DNA from: Pseudovirgaria hyperparasitica
Lineage: Eukaryota
Assembly: GCA_010093815.1 (NCBI GenBank)
Contig: ML996577.1
Length of the DNA stretch: 64,000 nt
Direction: 5' to 3' (one strand)
The position numbers were made by a program, and so were the translations under genes. Below the pieces are notes generated by a model that was given only the letters and a program-made list of their open reading frames with translations, was not told where the DNA came from and searched no databases. Below, piece by piece: positions 11,254 to 23,065 of the stretch (the stretch's first letter is position 1; each line of letters begins with the position of its first letter).

Positions 11254-12929
11254 AAGCTCCACAACCATATCCCGCACCCGCGGATCTGCCGCGTCGGAGA
11301 TATGCGTCACGCGCAACCTACAACCACAACAACCCACAGTCAGCAAAATGTTACAACACCCAAGGCGCAGGGAACGCGTTATAGGGAATTATAAGCTACA
11401 CACCTGTCAAACAGCACCATGACGCGCGCGGGGTCTGGCTTGGGCTTTGGCACTGCTGCTGCGCGTTCTGCGGGGGCTGGCAGGATGGCGCGGGCGGAGT
11501 TCGTCGAGGAGACGGAGGCGGAGCCGTGGGTGTGTGTTGCGGTGGAGATGGAGGTGGTGCTTGTGCGAGCGGGGCGGTCGGATGGGGAGCTGGGGGGATG
11601 TGTTTGGGAATGAGCGGAGGAGGTCGAGGAGGAAGAGGAGTGGCGGGGCGGAACGATGGCGGTGGTGGTGGTGGTAGTGGTGGTAGCGGGAGCGAGGAAG
11701 TGGAAGAGGAGGACGATGGCGTCGGCGAGGGGGCGGGACCGGGACGGGGTGTCGAGGAGGGCGGAGAGACGGGCGTGGAGGTTGATATTTGCGGAAGCTT
11801 GGGATTTGGGGTTCGGTGGGAGGAGGGTGGGTTTGAGGGATGCGGCGAACGTTGGGGAGTGTGTGGCGAGGCGTTGGAGGAGGGTGACGAGGGGGGTGAC
11901 GGTGGCGTCGAGGTCGTGGTCTGGGGAGACGGCGAGGGAGGCGTCGAGGATGGTGAGAAGGTGTTTCGCGCAGGGCGTCAGGGTGGATGTGGATAGGGGT
12001 TTTTTGGGGAGGGGAATGGTTAGGAGGCAGGTGATGAGGAGGTTTGTGGGCGCGGAGAGAGGGGGCGATTGGAGGGGTCGGCGAGTGAGGATCTTGATGA
12101 TGGATGGGAGAGCTGGGGTGAAGGCGGATGCGTGCGAGGGACAGAAGTGGGCGATGTTGAAGACGAGCTTGAGCGTCTCGTTGAGGGCTTCGTCGTCGTG
12201 GCGGGAGATGAACTTATTCTTGGCGTGGCGTTCGAGGTTCTGGTGTTCGGATCAGATTTGTGGTGACGTGGCATTCAAGGTAACTTACATTGCTCATGTG
12301 GTCAGCAAGATGGAATTTGTCAATTAGTATGTCGAAGCGTTGGGTGGTGCCGTAGGATGTGAGGAATAGGATCCTCGACATGAGGAACTCATCGTCTTTT
12401 TGAGGCTTCTTCAGTCGGCGCACCGCTCTCTCGCTGTAGCCTAGGTCGACAAAATACTGCCGCGTGATGGGTTCGGCGAGGAGAGCGTTTGCCAGACATT
12501 GCAGGGCAGCTTTCGAGGTTGTGGGAGAAGTGCTGTGGAAAGCATGGTGTGTTATAATCTCAATCCCCTGAATCTGTTAGTAGATAGCACGGTAAACAAC
12601 CCTTGGACATACGGAAGGGGTGAATATTGGCTCCGCATTCTTGGGATTCCGACCAAACACTTTCAGCTGTTCCATATGGGCATTGCGTTCTGCTTTGCGG
12701 TTAACGATGGAACTATCAAAAGCAGAGGATGACAATTACCGAATGGGAGAAGATTGACGTGGACAAAGTCATCACGGAGCTCTTTGATCAACTTTGTCAC
12801 TCTGTATAGCTTCTCTAGGATGGTGAATTAGCTATTTTCTGGTGATTTGTGGGGTAATAGTGCAGCTCGCATACCCTCACCGGATACCTGGTCGTCAGTG
12901 ATGGGCTCAGGCGGGTCAAAGTCCAGCAT
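11248..12929 (-). CDS. Ric-8/synembryn-like G-alpha GEF/chaperone protein, ~463 aa, divergent C-terminal half
   Basis: Six exons (12929-12875, 12814-12740, ~12689-12613, 12567-12289, 12239-11404, 11317-11248), all GT-AG and phase-consistent. Ric-8-type segments QLKVFGRNPKNAEPIF, AALQCLANALL, DDEFLMSRILFLTSY, ALNETLKLVFNIAHFCP, and terminal VLFDRL. Largely missed by the ORF track. Confidence 0.8.
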
Positions 12930-15919
12930 TACGGATAGGCAGTAGCAGTGCAATCAGGCTTGAGCATGGCATGAGTAGTGGATTGTGGCAGAGTCGAGAT
13001 CACGGCAGTGAAATGGGATGTTGAATTCAAGAGGCGATGTAAGCCCGACGGTGCGGCGCAGCACAAGAATGCGGGCCGAATGAAGAAGTTCTGGGTATAG
13101 ATGCTGATACCGTGCATGCAGGGTTCGATTTTGAGATGAGGGGATGGGGCAACAGATAAAGAAAGACAAGGCGGAAAAAGGTAACGAGTTGGAAGGACAG
13201 GTTATTACAGAACGACGGCCATGGTCTGATGAGTGAAGATAACGTTTGATGCAGGATGTACAGGAGTGGTCCGCTCATCTCATGTCCGCACGTGGCTAGG
13301 CTGGGCTGAAGAGTGCAGAGTGCAAGCGGCGGGAGAGCTGCATAGGAAGGGCAGGCTACAAGACGTTTCGGGCGGGAGTGTCAGACGGACGACGATGACT
13401 ACTTAGGCTGAAGGCTTGCTGTGAGCGATAATCGAGGAGGGGAATGAAGCATGTGCGATGGTTTGTTAGTGGTTCGTTGGGGAGAAGTATGAACGAAAAA
13501 GGCCGGGAACAAGCGACGGGGGCGAGGTTAGTTCACAGTAGTCGACATCAGCCGCGTCTAGGCCAAATACTGTACTACTACTATTGTATGTGCATACGAC
13601 ACAGATGTAGATTGGGATTCGACTAGACTGGGACTCCTGGCTGAAAATGAGCTTGGCACGAAGTATCTCGCCAGTGTTGTGTTGTTGTTGCTGTTGCTCC
13701 TGGGGTGTGAGATGTTGGATGGATCTGGCAACACAACATACACATTTGGGGGTTGCATATTTGACGAGCTGATGAACGATGAACGAGATGCGGGAAAGAG
13801 GCCAGGGTAATGATGTACAGCGGAACGGGCAATTGGACGATGAGGGCTGGAGCAATCGATGCTCGTGCGTGTAGATATGTGTGTATATATATAAATATAG
13901 TTCTAAATATATCCATGTATATAGAAAATCAAGACATTCGTCATTGAGCGATAATCGAGGGAGAGAGAGGACGCTATCTGGCCAGTGGTGTCGATGTCGA
14001 TGGACGTGATAGACGTGGAGAGGGAGGGAGAACGCGCCGAAATCGCGGCCGTGAGCAAATAAATACACAGCACGGCACGGGGCGCAGCAAGCGAGTAGAG
14101 GTAGCATTCGTCAACTCGGAAACCAACGCATACTATGTACGTATGTACATGTAGCATCATGCATTACACTATTACCGTCTTATTTGGGGGCGCGACTAAC
14201 ACTGGGCAGCCCAACAGACCCTCTAAGCGTTCCCTCTCGGTCCCTTACATACATTATTAGAACAACCACTGTGGCCATAACTATGGAGTATATCATTATC
14301 TTCCAAGCAGCAGTCCTTACCTCGCACTTCACTATCCCATTCACCCTCTATCTACAAAGGAGTGCATCTACCCCGCCTCTTCGTCGTCGTGATGGATGGG
14401 CCTGTCAACATCACCCTCCCCCTGGCCTCACGGCTCCCTCGCGCGCGTCTGACTCTGTCGAAACACGCGCGCCCTACACGATTCATTCAATCCCTCTTCC
14501 TCCTCCTCCACATCATCCTCATTCTTGCCCGCTGTTATTGTCGCCACGAGCAAGTCCGTGTGCGTCGAAAAAGACGCACCTGAGAAGCCGTGGTTAATGC
14601 ACCTGGTTGCGTCCAAGTCGATACTACTGCGCCGTATCGACAATGACATCGTGACAATGGCTGTCTGTCTCTGTGTCGTCCCAAGAGGCCGCATGCAAGT
14701 GGCAACCAACATTAGTGAGCAGTAGCTGCTGCTCGTCGGTGCTGGGGATCCTGGCTCGCGATACCGATATCGATATCGATCACGCACAGCAGACCGGTAG
14801 CAGCAGTTGCCCATGCCTCAGCCCATGTTCAAATTTCCTTCCGCGCTTTCGTCAGCTTACTTGTTCGTATACTTCGACTTGTACAAGGAACGGCTGCGAG
14901 CGTCAGCGCGTGCGTGTACATGTGCGTGCGTGAATATGCTGCCTCAGGAAACACCACGCAGTCCTACATCGCCGACAAGGTTTGGGCGTGTGGGCGTGTG
15001 GGCCTCGCCGGGCTCACTGGTGAGACGTTTTGGCGGCCATGACTCTGGAAGACCAGAACGTCCAGCACTTCTAGCAACAATGATTCATCCGTTATTATTC
15101 AGGACGGCCAGTGTCATCTGGTGCGGCACAGACATCGCCACCGCCAATGCGTGCTCGTCCGGCGTCGCATCTAACTGGAGAGATAAAGGAAGGAATGTAT
15201 CACTTGTGCGATCTCTGCAGCAGACAACAAACTGTATGTCCCAGTCAGCCTTCGGCTGGCAAAGACAGAGCACACTGATCCCCCACTTCGTATCGACTGC
15301 GTGCGTATGCTGTACGGTGAGGGTGTAGCCATAGCCATGTTCATCGACATGGACATGGGCATCAACAAGGGCATGGCTGTGTTGACAGGGCCTCGTAAGC
15401 CGCATTTCACACCAGCACTCGCCAGTAATATCCACAATTCGGTATGAGAAGCCAAGCAAGGCCAAGATCAAAGTAACATCTATTACTATCCCTAGTGACT
15501 AGTGGTGCTCCAGCTATCAGACGCCCCTCGCTCCCGACACCCGCCTGTCTGGCTGCCCCGTCTATCCCGAGTTCTCCTCCCCATCCCCCCCCCCTTTCAG
15601 GCCCTTCCCAAGCATCCTACACATCCTCCTCCCCAAAATTCAATTCGAGAATCCGGGGACAAATGGGCAAATATTAAACATCAAACTGCCCGCCCGACGT
15701 CTCTTCTCTCCGCCCCTCCCTCTCTCCGTCCCCGAGCCCAAGCTCCCTAATCCCTAAAACTCTATTCTCATTCGCCTCGTCCAGCCCTCGTGCTTTGACT
15801 CTCTCACTCACACACACTCTCTCTCTCTTGATTCATACATACATACACTCCACGCCTGTCCCACATCTCATACTCGTCCCTCGACTCTGTCTCTCTGCTA
15901 CATCCTCTACAGTCGTCTG

Positions 15920-15983
15920 ATGTACTTCTCTCCTTCATGAACGCCTAATGGCGAGTTCCTCCTCTACTTCGTTCCCGTCATGA
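15920..15983 (+). promoter_or_regulatory. Three chained upstream ORFs overlapping each other and the transporter start codon
   Basis: uORF1 15920-15940 (MYFSPS*), uORF2 15937-15948 (MNA*), uORF3 15948-15983 (MASSSSTSFPS*). Junctions are ATGA, TAATG, ATGA. Presence in the mRNA is inferred. Confidence 0.45.
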
Positions 15984-17807
15984 AGACCGTCACGAATGTA
16001 TACGCTGTCTGCGCCTTCGCCGCCCTTGGTACGCTATCTTGTTTGCTCCCGTATGCCCCCCATTGTGCGCTGACTTCGTTCTAGGCGGCTGCTTGTTCGG
16101 CATGGACATCGCAAGCATGTCAGGTGTGCTTGGAACCTCGGCGTACAAAAACTACTTCAATCATCCACGAAGCTTCACCCAGGGCTACATCACGGCCTCC
16201 ATGCCCTTGGGCTCCATCTTCTCAACTCTCGGTTCGTCTTGCATGTCGGATCGCTTCTCGCGCAAAATTGCCATCCAGTTGGCCTGCATTCTGTGGATCA
16301 TCGGATCTGCGTATGTCTTGCATAGTCTATCAAAATGTCCGACGCTGATTATTCTCCGCAGACTCCAATCCGGAAGCAATGGCGTCCCTATGCTCTGCGT
16401 CGGACGTTTCGTTGCGGGCTTAGGTGTTGGTATCGCCTCTGCGGTCGTGCCTGTCTACCAGGCCGAAATTGCCCCAAAGGAAATCCGAGGCCGCGTCGTG
16501 ACTTTGCAGCAATGGGCTATTACTTGGGGCATCTTGATTCAATACTTTGTGCAGTACGGTGCCTCTCACGTAGGCAATGGACCGGACTCTCCTACTCAAA
16601 GCACCGCTGCTTTCCGCATTCCGTGGGCCCTCCAAACCATTCCCGCTTTCATTCTCGCCATCGGCCTGTTTTGGTTTCCCTATTCTCCTCGTTGGCTCGC
16701 GGGCCAGGATAGGTGGGAGGAGGCCATTATGGTGCTGGCTGACCTGCATGCCCACGGTAATGTCAAACACCCAAAAGTCCTGGCGCAGTACCGCGAGATT
16801 GAAGAAGCCCTGCGATTCGAGAAAGAGGTGGCCGCCGCGGGCTGGAGCGGCCTTCTGGACAAGAAGATTGCGAAGCGCGTCCTCAGTGGCATGTCCGTCC
16901 AGACCTGGGCTCAGCTCTGCGGCATGAACGTCATGGTAACTTTCCCCAGTTCCCTCTCTTCATGGTCAATTCACTAACCAAACCTCCCAACCAGATGTAC
17001 TACATTGTCTACATCATGGAAACCGCAAACATTGGCACCCCCCTCCTCACAGCCTCCATCCAATACATCATCAACGTCGTCCTCACCCTTCCCGCAATCC
17101 TCTACATCGACACTTGGGGCCGCCGTCCCACGCTCCTCCTCGGCGCCCTCTCCATGATGGCCCTCCTCTTCACCTCCGGCGCCCTACAAGCCATCTACGG
17201 CACGCCCACCACAGTCCCAGACTCCGACCTCTCATGGCACATTGTCGACAACGCGCCCGCATCGCGCGGCGTCGTCGCCTGCTCCTACCTCTTCGTCGCC
17301 ACCTTTGCCGTCTCCTGGGGCCCCGTCTCCTGGACATACCCGGCCGAAATCTTCCCCAACCGTGTGCGCGCCAAGGGCACCAGTCTGACGACAGCAACAA
17401 ACTGGGTGTTCAACACCGTGCTTGCGTTTGCCGTGCCGCCGCTGCTGTACCGCATCGGCTGGCGCATGTACATCCTCTTCGGCACCTTCAACGCCATCGC
17501 CTTCGTGCAAGTCTTTTTCACCATCCCCGAGACGAAGCAGTTCAGCCTCGAGGAGATGGACGCCGTTTTCGAGGGCCCCGCCTGGCGCGGCCCCAAAAAG
17601 GAGAGTCGGCTCGATGATCTCGAGCTGCAGATTGAGTGCGGCGTCGTCGATGTGCGGGGGCCCAAGGGCTTGGATTGGGAGGATCGCGGCAGTTGGGAGG
17701 GCAGCTCGAGCATGTCGAAGGGTGGCATTGGCGTCGAGACCACAGTGGAGATGCGCGAGAGCTGGGTGGATAGTGGTGGTTGGGCGGGGCCGGGTCGTGC
17801 GCTGTGA
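15980..17807 (+). CDS. Sugar porter, HGT1-like high-affinity glucose/hexose transporter
   Basis: MKTVTNVYAVCAFAALGGCLFGMDIASMS, VPVYQAEIAPKEIRGR, QQWAITWGILIQY, QLCGMNVMMYYI, WGPVSWTYPAEIFP, PETK. Introns 16029-16084, 16311-16361, 16936-16994. Confidence 0.9.
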
Positions 17808-17888
17808 GACGTGCGTCGGGTTCCGGGTTCTGGGCATGGCGTTTTAGGCAGAGGATACCCATTGTCATTCACTCACTCCTTTCTTTGA

Positions 17889-17920
<32 letters not shown>

Positions 17921-17946
17921 TCTTTCTCTCTTCCTCTCCCTCTCTC
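17889..17946. repeat. (CT)n microsatellite
   Basis: Long TC dinucleotide run degrading into a pyrimidine tract in the 3' flank of the transporter. Confidence 0.9.
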
Positions 17947-19193
17947 GGTCTCTGACATTCCTTATACGGCGTTGGTAATGCCGAGATGCGAATAAGCACG
18001 TGGGCGGCGCGTTTGTTTTCCTGTCATCGTATAGTCCCTTGGGGGGGTCCGACATCTACCGACCTGCGTACAGTAGATTGTACGTCTGCTCATATACCTA
18101 CACACATGTATAAATATGAGTCATGAACAACAATTCGTTCCTCATCTAATAACGCCTCGTAGCTCACACACTTCCACCTGTAGCTAAAAAGGAGATGCAT
18201 CCACGGCGATCTACACTCTTCATTTGTCCTCAACTCTCTCACTTACAAGCATGAATGAATGAATCATGACGATGAAATCGATATTTAGCAAGTTTGACAT
18301 TTCAAGTTGAAGTTTTTTTACCATGTCTATTTTGTCCTCGACTACAATTCTTCATTGCGTGCATGGTGCATTGCGTAGATCGTAAATCAAATTGCGAGTC
18401 AAGGTTGCAGTGCTTGGCTTGAGATTAGAATATGCACCACCACCCCACCAGCACACGTCCTACCCCCAACATCTGCATTTCTCGATGCCCGACTGCACAA
18501 GTACTCCTTGCCCTAGTTCATATCGTTTCACGACCAGACATGAACCTAGGTATTCTGATCATGAAGATCGAAACAGTAGGACCGCAATCCAAAAACCCGA
18601 AGGCGTTGAATACTATATACATTACCATGCACTATTAAACAACGCTGTTAAAGCCTTACGCCTGAACTTCACAGGCCGGTTTGATCTTCTCGCCGCTCAA
18701 TCATCTCACCAATCCAGATTCCTAGCACAGCAAAACCAACAAATGACGAATGCCAGGAGCGTTACAGAATATTGCGAAAGACTGAAGAGAAGATCCTCTC
18801 TCGATGACACTTTATGCAGTCCAGTTTGTTATCTATCATATTAGTCTTTTCTCTCTTGGGGACTGCGATTAATGTAGTGCAGACATGACTATATTAGTAT
18901 GGTATGGCTATAAACTGACAACATTGTCGAGTTGATAGCGTGGCAGTATGCTCACTCAACATGCCGACGCTTCTATTCGGATTGATAGACGGCTTGATGA
19001 GATATGCCATCCAATACCGACGCCTCGCCTGGCCAGACTCCGTGTCACTCCGGCTTGTCGTCGATGAAGACGATTACAAACCTCGTGTATAATGCGAGCC
19101 CAAGGCACTTCCAACGCATCAATCAAGCGGACAAGAAATATTGTCCCCGAATCCCCACGGATATATACCGAATGTGAGACTTGTGCCAATATC

Positions 19194-19265
19194 GGGCTTG
19201 TAGTGTAGTGGTATCGCGCATCCTTAGCATGGATGAGGTCCTGGGTTCAATTCCCAGCAAGTCCA
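19194..19265 (+). tRNA. tRNA-Ala (anticodon AGC), intronless
   Basis: Acceptor stem GGGCTTG/CAAGTCC plus discriminator A; anticodon arm CATCC-TTAGCAT-GGATG; T-loop GGTTCAATTCC; oligo-T Pol III terminator directly after; ATATATA about 30 nt upstream. Confidence 0.96.
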
Positions 19266-20707
19266 TTTTTGCTGGCACGTTGATTCTCATGTATGTTTTG
19301 GTTGTCGTGGAAGTGTTTATATTCTTATTTTATGGAGATATGTGTGGTTGTGCGGGAGGGATTTTAAATGGGTTGGGGACTAAGCGATAGATGGGTGTGG
19401 CCGTGCGTGTTCGACTTGAACGAGAACATTTTTATTCATTTCTTTACCCGACTTCTGGTTTGATGGTTAAATGTTATATTGGCTCCAGAGACAGAGGGTG
19501 ATAACGGTGGAAAGAATAGGATGGAGTTCTGTATCAATGTGACTGTTCTGTCGCAGAGAGGAAACTTCGTGTCATGATAATTGAGTGTTCATCGGTAAAG
19601 CTCTTTATAATAACTTAGATCTACAGAAGGCAACAACAGAAGGCGACCACAGAATCAAGAACTATCTATATTAAAGCGTACATTCTAGATCCAATCTCGA
19701 CGTTCGCTCGATTTCTCGATTATGTCAAACCTTGAAAAACGGATTCTAGACTGCTAGCGAAGCCTCCTCTCGCCCACGACCATCTATTATTAGCACCAAA
19801 AACTTAAAATCACGGGTCTTACTACTACACCCCTTAGCGAGCCATACTCTAGGAGAGTCAACTCCATGAGCTCGAGCTTACTAGTTTACCATCAAACGTC
19901 GAGTGTGTATGATGCTCATCGGTCACTCGGTCACTCAGCCACGAATTGCATGACTTGAAGCCAATCGTGCATTTCCGACGGACGCGTCTTGGAAGCTCAC
20001 CCCCCTCCCCCCCCTTCCTTATGCCTCAATCAGTAGTAAGTAGCGTTGGTCCGGGGTAGTTATACCTAACCCTCTAGCAAAAAGTTCAAAGGTTACAACA
20101 AGTAAACCAATATGACCAAGCAAAGAATTAATTAATCAGCGACTGAGCATGTACACTGATATCGTACGATATGACCACTCATTCACGGACACTCACTCTG
20201 TCTGACTGGCGGGGAGCGGAATGCTAATATCAAGACTAATAAAGTGTTATGTCGCTGTTCTACACCGCAGGGAAAGTAATTGTGTAAAGAAGCTGTCGGA
20301 CTTCGGTCCGTTGTCGAGGTAGCAACAATAGCTAAGGGAAAAAAGCTTACATTAGTCTTGCGCTAGACCTGAAGTAGGTAGGAGAGATGGGGCTCATCTT
20401 CGACGCGTCAGGTCACCATCAAATTTAAACAGTTCATCACATACAGTATGTACCTTTAACGCGCGAGGTGGGAATTTAGGATTCGATAGCTGAATGCGAT
20501 TGGTGACATATCCCACCAGCCCAGTGTTGTGGTACATGAGGAGTGAGTATAGTAGGTCCATCCTATTGGAAAGCTACACGCGTCACAACCCAATAGTGCG
20601 ATATCGAATTAGGTCAGAATCCTGAAGTCGAAATGCTGTCTACATATCACACCGGTCTCATACAGAGTGACATTCACAAACATCCTGCTACTATGTCTAT
20701 CTATCCC

Positions 20708-23065
20708 TCACGACACAGTCAACGTGGCATTTCCCCGGAGATCCTCGCTCGAACTGCCAATCCAGACCACGAAATCACCAGGTTCGACGGTGTACTTCAT
20801 ACGGATGTCCCAAACACCCAACTTGCTCACATCAACCGGAATCTCCACAGTCGTCGTTTCTCCGGCCTCGATAAACATTTTCTGAAACCCCTTCAGCTGC
20901 TTGTTCGGAACCACAACCGACGCAATCACATCCTGGACGTAGAGCTGCACGACTTCCGCTCCGGCCCTCGAGCCGGAGTTTGTCACCCGGACTGACGCCG
21001 TTATAGTGTCAGACGCGCTAGCTGTCTTCGATGAAAGCGAGACGTTTGAGTAAGTAAAGTTAGTGTATGACAAGCCATAGCCGAACTCGTAGTGCGGGCG
21101 AGGATCACCCAGGACATAAGCGTGTCCAAACACAAGGGTTCCGTTGTCGGTAACATACCCCGGCTCTGGATATTGTCGCGCGGAGTTCAGATAATCATAA
21201 AAAACAGGCAACGTGCCGACGTCGTATGGTATGCCGACGCTCAGCTTCCCCGAAGGATTCACTTCACCGTAGAGTATGTCAGCGATAGCGTTTCCTCCCT
21301 GTTCAGAAGGGTAGAACTGTTGCACCACTGCGGCTGCGTTGTCGCTGATCCATGGCTCGGTTATCGGTTTCCCAGACACGTAGACGACAATCGTGGGCTT
21401 GCCAGTCTCGATGACTGCTTGTACGAGAGGGCCCATCGCTCCGACCAGAGACAGGTCAGCTACGTCAACATGTTCGCCGGTGGTGGCGTTGAGCCCTGCC
21501 CAGAGTTCTCCTTGATCCCGGGACCATGTGCCGACAAAGACGACGGCGACGTCGGCTGCCGATGCAGTTGCGACGGCCTCCGAAAATCCGGATTGATCTG
21601 CTGACCATCTTTCGCAGCCTTGAGCAAAAGTCACAGTACCAGTGGATGCGTTTCGGATGCCTTGTAGAGGTGTGACTGCGTCAGGATTGTACTGTGATCT
21701 GAAAACGACGTAGTCGCCGTAATTCATGAAATTAGACATAGGCCCGATGACTGCGACGTTTGCATCTTTAGATAGCGGGAGGATGCTATCTTTGTTTTCG
21801 AGGAGAACGATGGATTCCGCGTCAAGTTTGCGAGCAAGTTCAACGGCTTCGGGAGTGTGTATCAATGATGCAGTCTGGCTGCTTGGTACACCAAGATAGG
21901 GATTCTCGAAAAGGCCCATCTCGAACTTTACCCTGAGCAGACGAGAGACAGCAAGGTCAACAGTCCCGATGTCCAGCTTCCCAGATTCGACCAAAGAAGG
22001 TATAGAGCGGAAATTGAAGCTCCCACCCCCCATCTCAACGTCATTGCCAGCTGGTAAAGCGTACGTTGTGACAGCATCAGAGTCGATCGGATTCGTTGCG
22101 CACATCTTGAACGAGTTGCATAATCTGTCTGTTCCACCGGCATCAGACATGACAAAGTATTTGTAGCCCCACTCGTCGCGCAAGATTTCCGTCAATGTAT
22201 GATAATCTGCCACAGCTGGAACACCGTCGTATGAATGGTACGCAGACATGATACTATACGCCCCGCCATCAATGATAGTCCTGTGGAAAGACGGCAACCA
22301 AGTCGTTCGAAGTTCACGCTCGCCGCCATGAACAGGCCCTGTGTTGAGACCCTGCTCTGGAGCACTGAATCCAGCAAAATGCTTCACCATGGCGCTGACA
22401 TTGTTCGACTGTAGCCCCTTGACAAAGTTGTATCCCATCTCTCCGGCTAGATAGGGATCCTCGCCGTAGGTTTCTTCGACACGCCCGAAGCGGAGCTCGC
22501 GGGCTAGGTCGACCACGGGAGCAAATAATTGATTGACCCCAAGGGCAAGAGATTCCTGAGCAATGACCGCGGCCATTTCTTGGATAAGCTCAGGATTGAA
22601 AGAGCAAGCAAAAGCAATCGGACTGTTGAAGACGGTCGCATTGCCGATGAGGAAGCCGTGTATGCCTTCAGACTGTACAAGCGCCGGTATGCCCAAGGTT
22701 GTGTTCGCGATCAAGTAGTCTTGCGCTTTCTTGGTGTTTTCTGCGATCCATTGCTGCGGCACCGCATAGCCGACATAGAAGCTTCCCTGCTTGTACTCCA
22801 TGTTTGCTACAAGACCGGAGTAGTTGAACGCATTTGTTGAGGAATTCATCCAGTTGCCGATGTCTCCTTGCATCAATTGAGCCATCTTGTCTTCAATTGT
22901 CATCCGAGAGAGCAGATCAGCGATTCGGGCATCGACTGATGCAGTCGGGTCCTTGTAAAGCACACCGCTGGTGTTGTTGATGGTGTTGCCATTTCCGGGT
23001 TGCTGCGCTGCTACAGTTGACGTACACGCTACCCATAGGGCAAGCGGAATAGCTGTGTACCACAT
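20708..23065 (-). CDS. Secreted GH3 glycosidase, probable isoprimeverose-producing oligoxyloglucan hydrolase (IpeA-like)
   Basis: Intronless 785 aa ORF with a signal peptide. GH3 motifs KHFAG, nucleophile VMSDAGG, acid/base ATTGEHVD, C-terminal Fn3-like domain. Segments QGDIGNWMN, FYVGY, PEQGLNTGPVHGGER, GTWSRDQGELWAGLNATTGEH and QQFYPSEQGG match my recollection of Aspergillus oryzae IpeA. GH3 is secure; the subfamily call needs alignment. Confidence 0.88.
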   Translation of the reverse strand: MWYTAIPLALWVACTSTVAAQQPGNGNTINNTSGVLYKDPTASVDARIADLLSRMTIEDKMAQLMQGDIGNWMNSSTNAFNYSGLVANMEYKQGSFYVGYAVPQQWIAENTKKAQDYLIANTTLGIPALVQSEGIHGFLIGNATVFNSPIAFACSFNPELIQEMAAVIAQESLALGVNQLFAPVVDLARELRFGRVEETYGEDPYLAGEMGYNFVKGLQSNNVSAMVKHFAGFSAPEQGLNTGPVHGGERELRTTWLPSFHRTIIDGGAYSIMSAYHSYDGVPAVADYHTLTEILRDEWGYKYFVMSDAGGTDRLCNSFKMCATNPIDSDAVTTYALPAGNDVEMGGGSFNFRSIPSLVESGKLDIGTVDLAVSRLLRVKFEMGLFENPYLGVPSSQTASLIHTPEAVELARKLDAESIVLLENKDSILPLSKDANVAVIGPMSNFMNYGDYVVFRSQYNPDAVTPLQGIRNASTGTVTFAQGCERWSADQSGFSEAVATASAADVAVVFVGTWSRDQGELWAGLNATTGEHVDVADLSLVGAMGPLVQAVIETGKPTIVVYVSGKPITEPWISDNAAAVVQQFYPSEQGGNAIADILYGEVNPSGKLSVGIPYDVGTLPVFYDYLNSARQYPEPGYVTDNGTLVFGHAYVLGDPRPHYEFGYGLSYTNFTYSNVSLSSKTASASDTITASVRVTNSGSRAGAEVVQLYVQDVIASVVVPNKQLKGFQKMFIEAGETTTVEIPVDVSKLGVWDIRMKYTVEPGDFVVWIGSSSEDLRGNATLTVS

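Noticed and set aside
11419..12327. Gly/Arg/Glu-rich plus-strand ORFs
   Set aside because: Antisense shadows of the C-rich exon 5 of the Ric-8-like gene.
12930..15900. Several 60-213 aa ORFs in the 3-kb divergent intergenic region
   Set aside because: Low-complexity sequence with no motifs or consistent splice structure; more likely promoter or UTR sequence.
18060..20700. Possible transposon relic around the tRNA
   Set aside because: No terminal repeats, transposase or RT motifs, or clear RIP-like AT enrichment visible.
20708..23065. Horizontal transfer of the intronless GH3 from bacteria
   Set aside because: Eukaryotic-type signal peptide, many N-glycosylation sequons and resemblance to fungal IpeA; lack of introns alone is insufficient.
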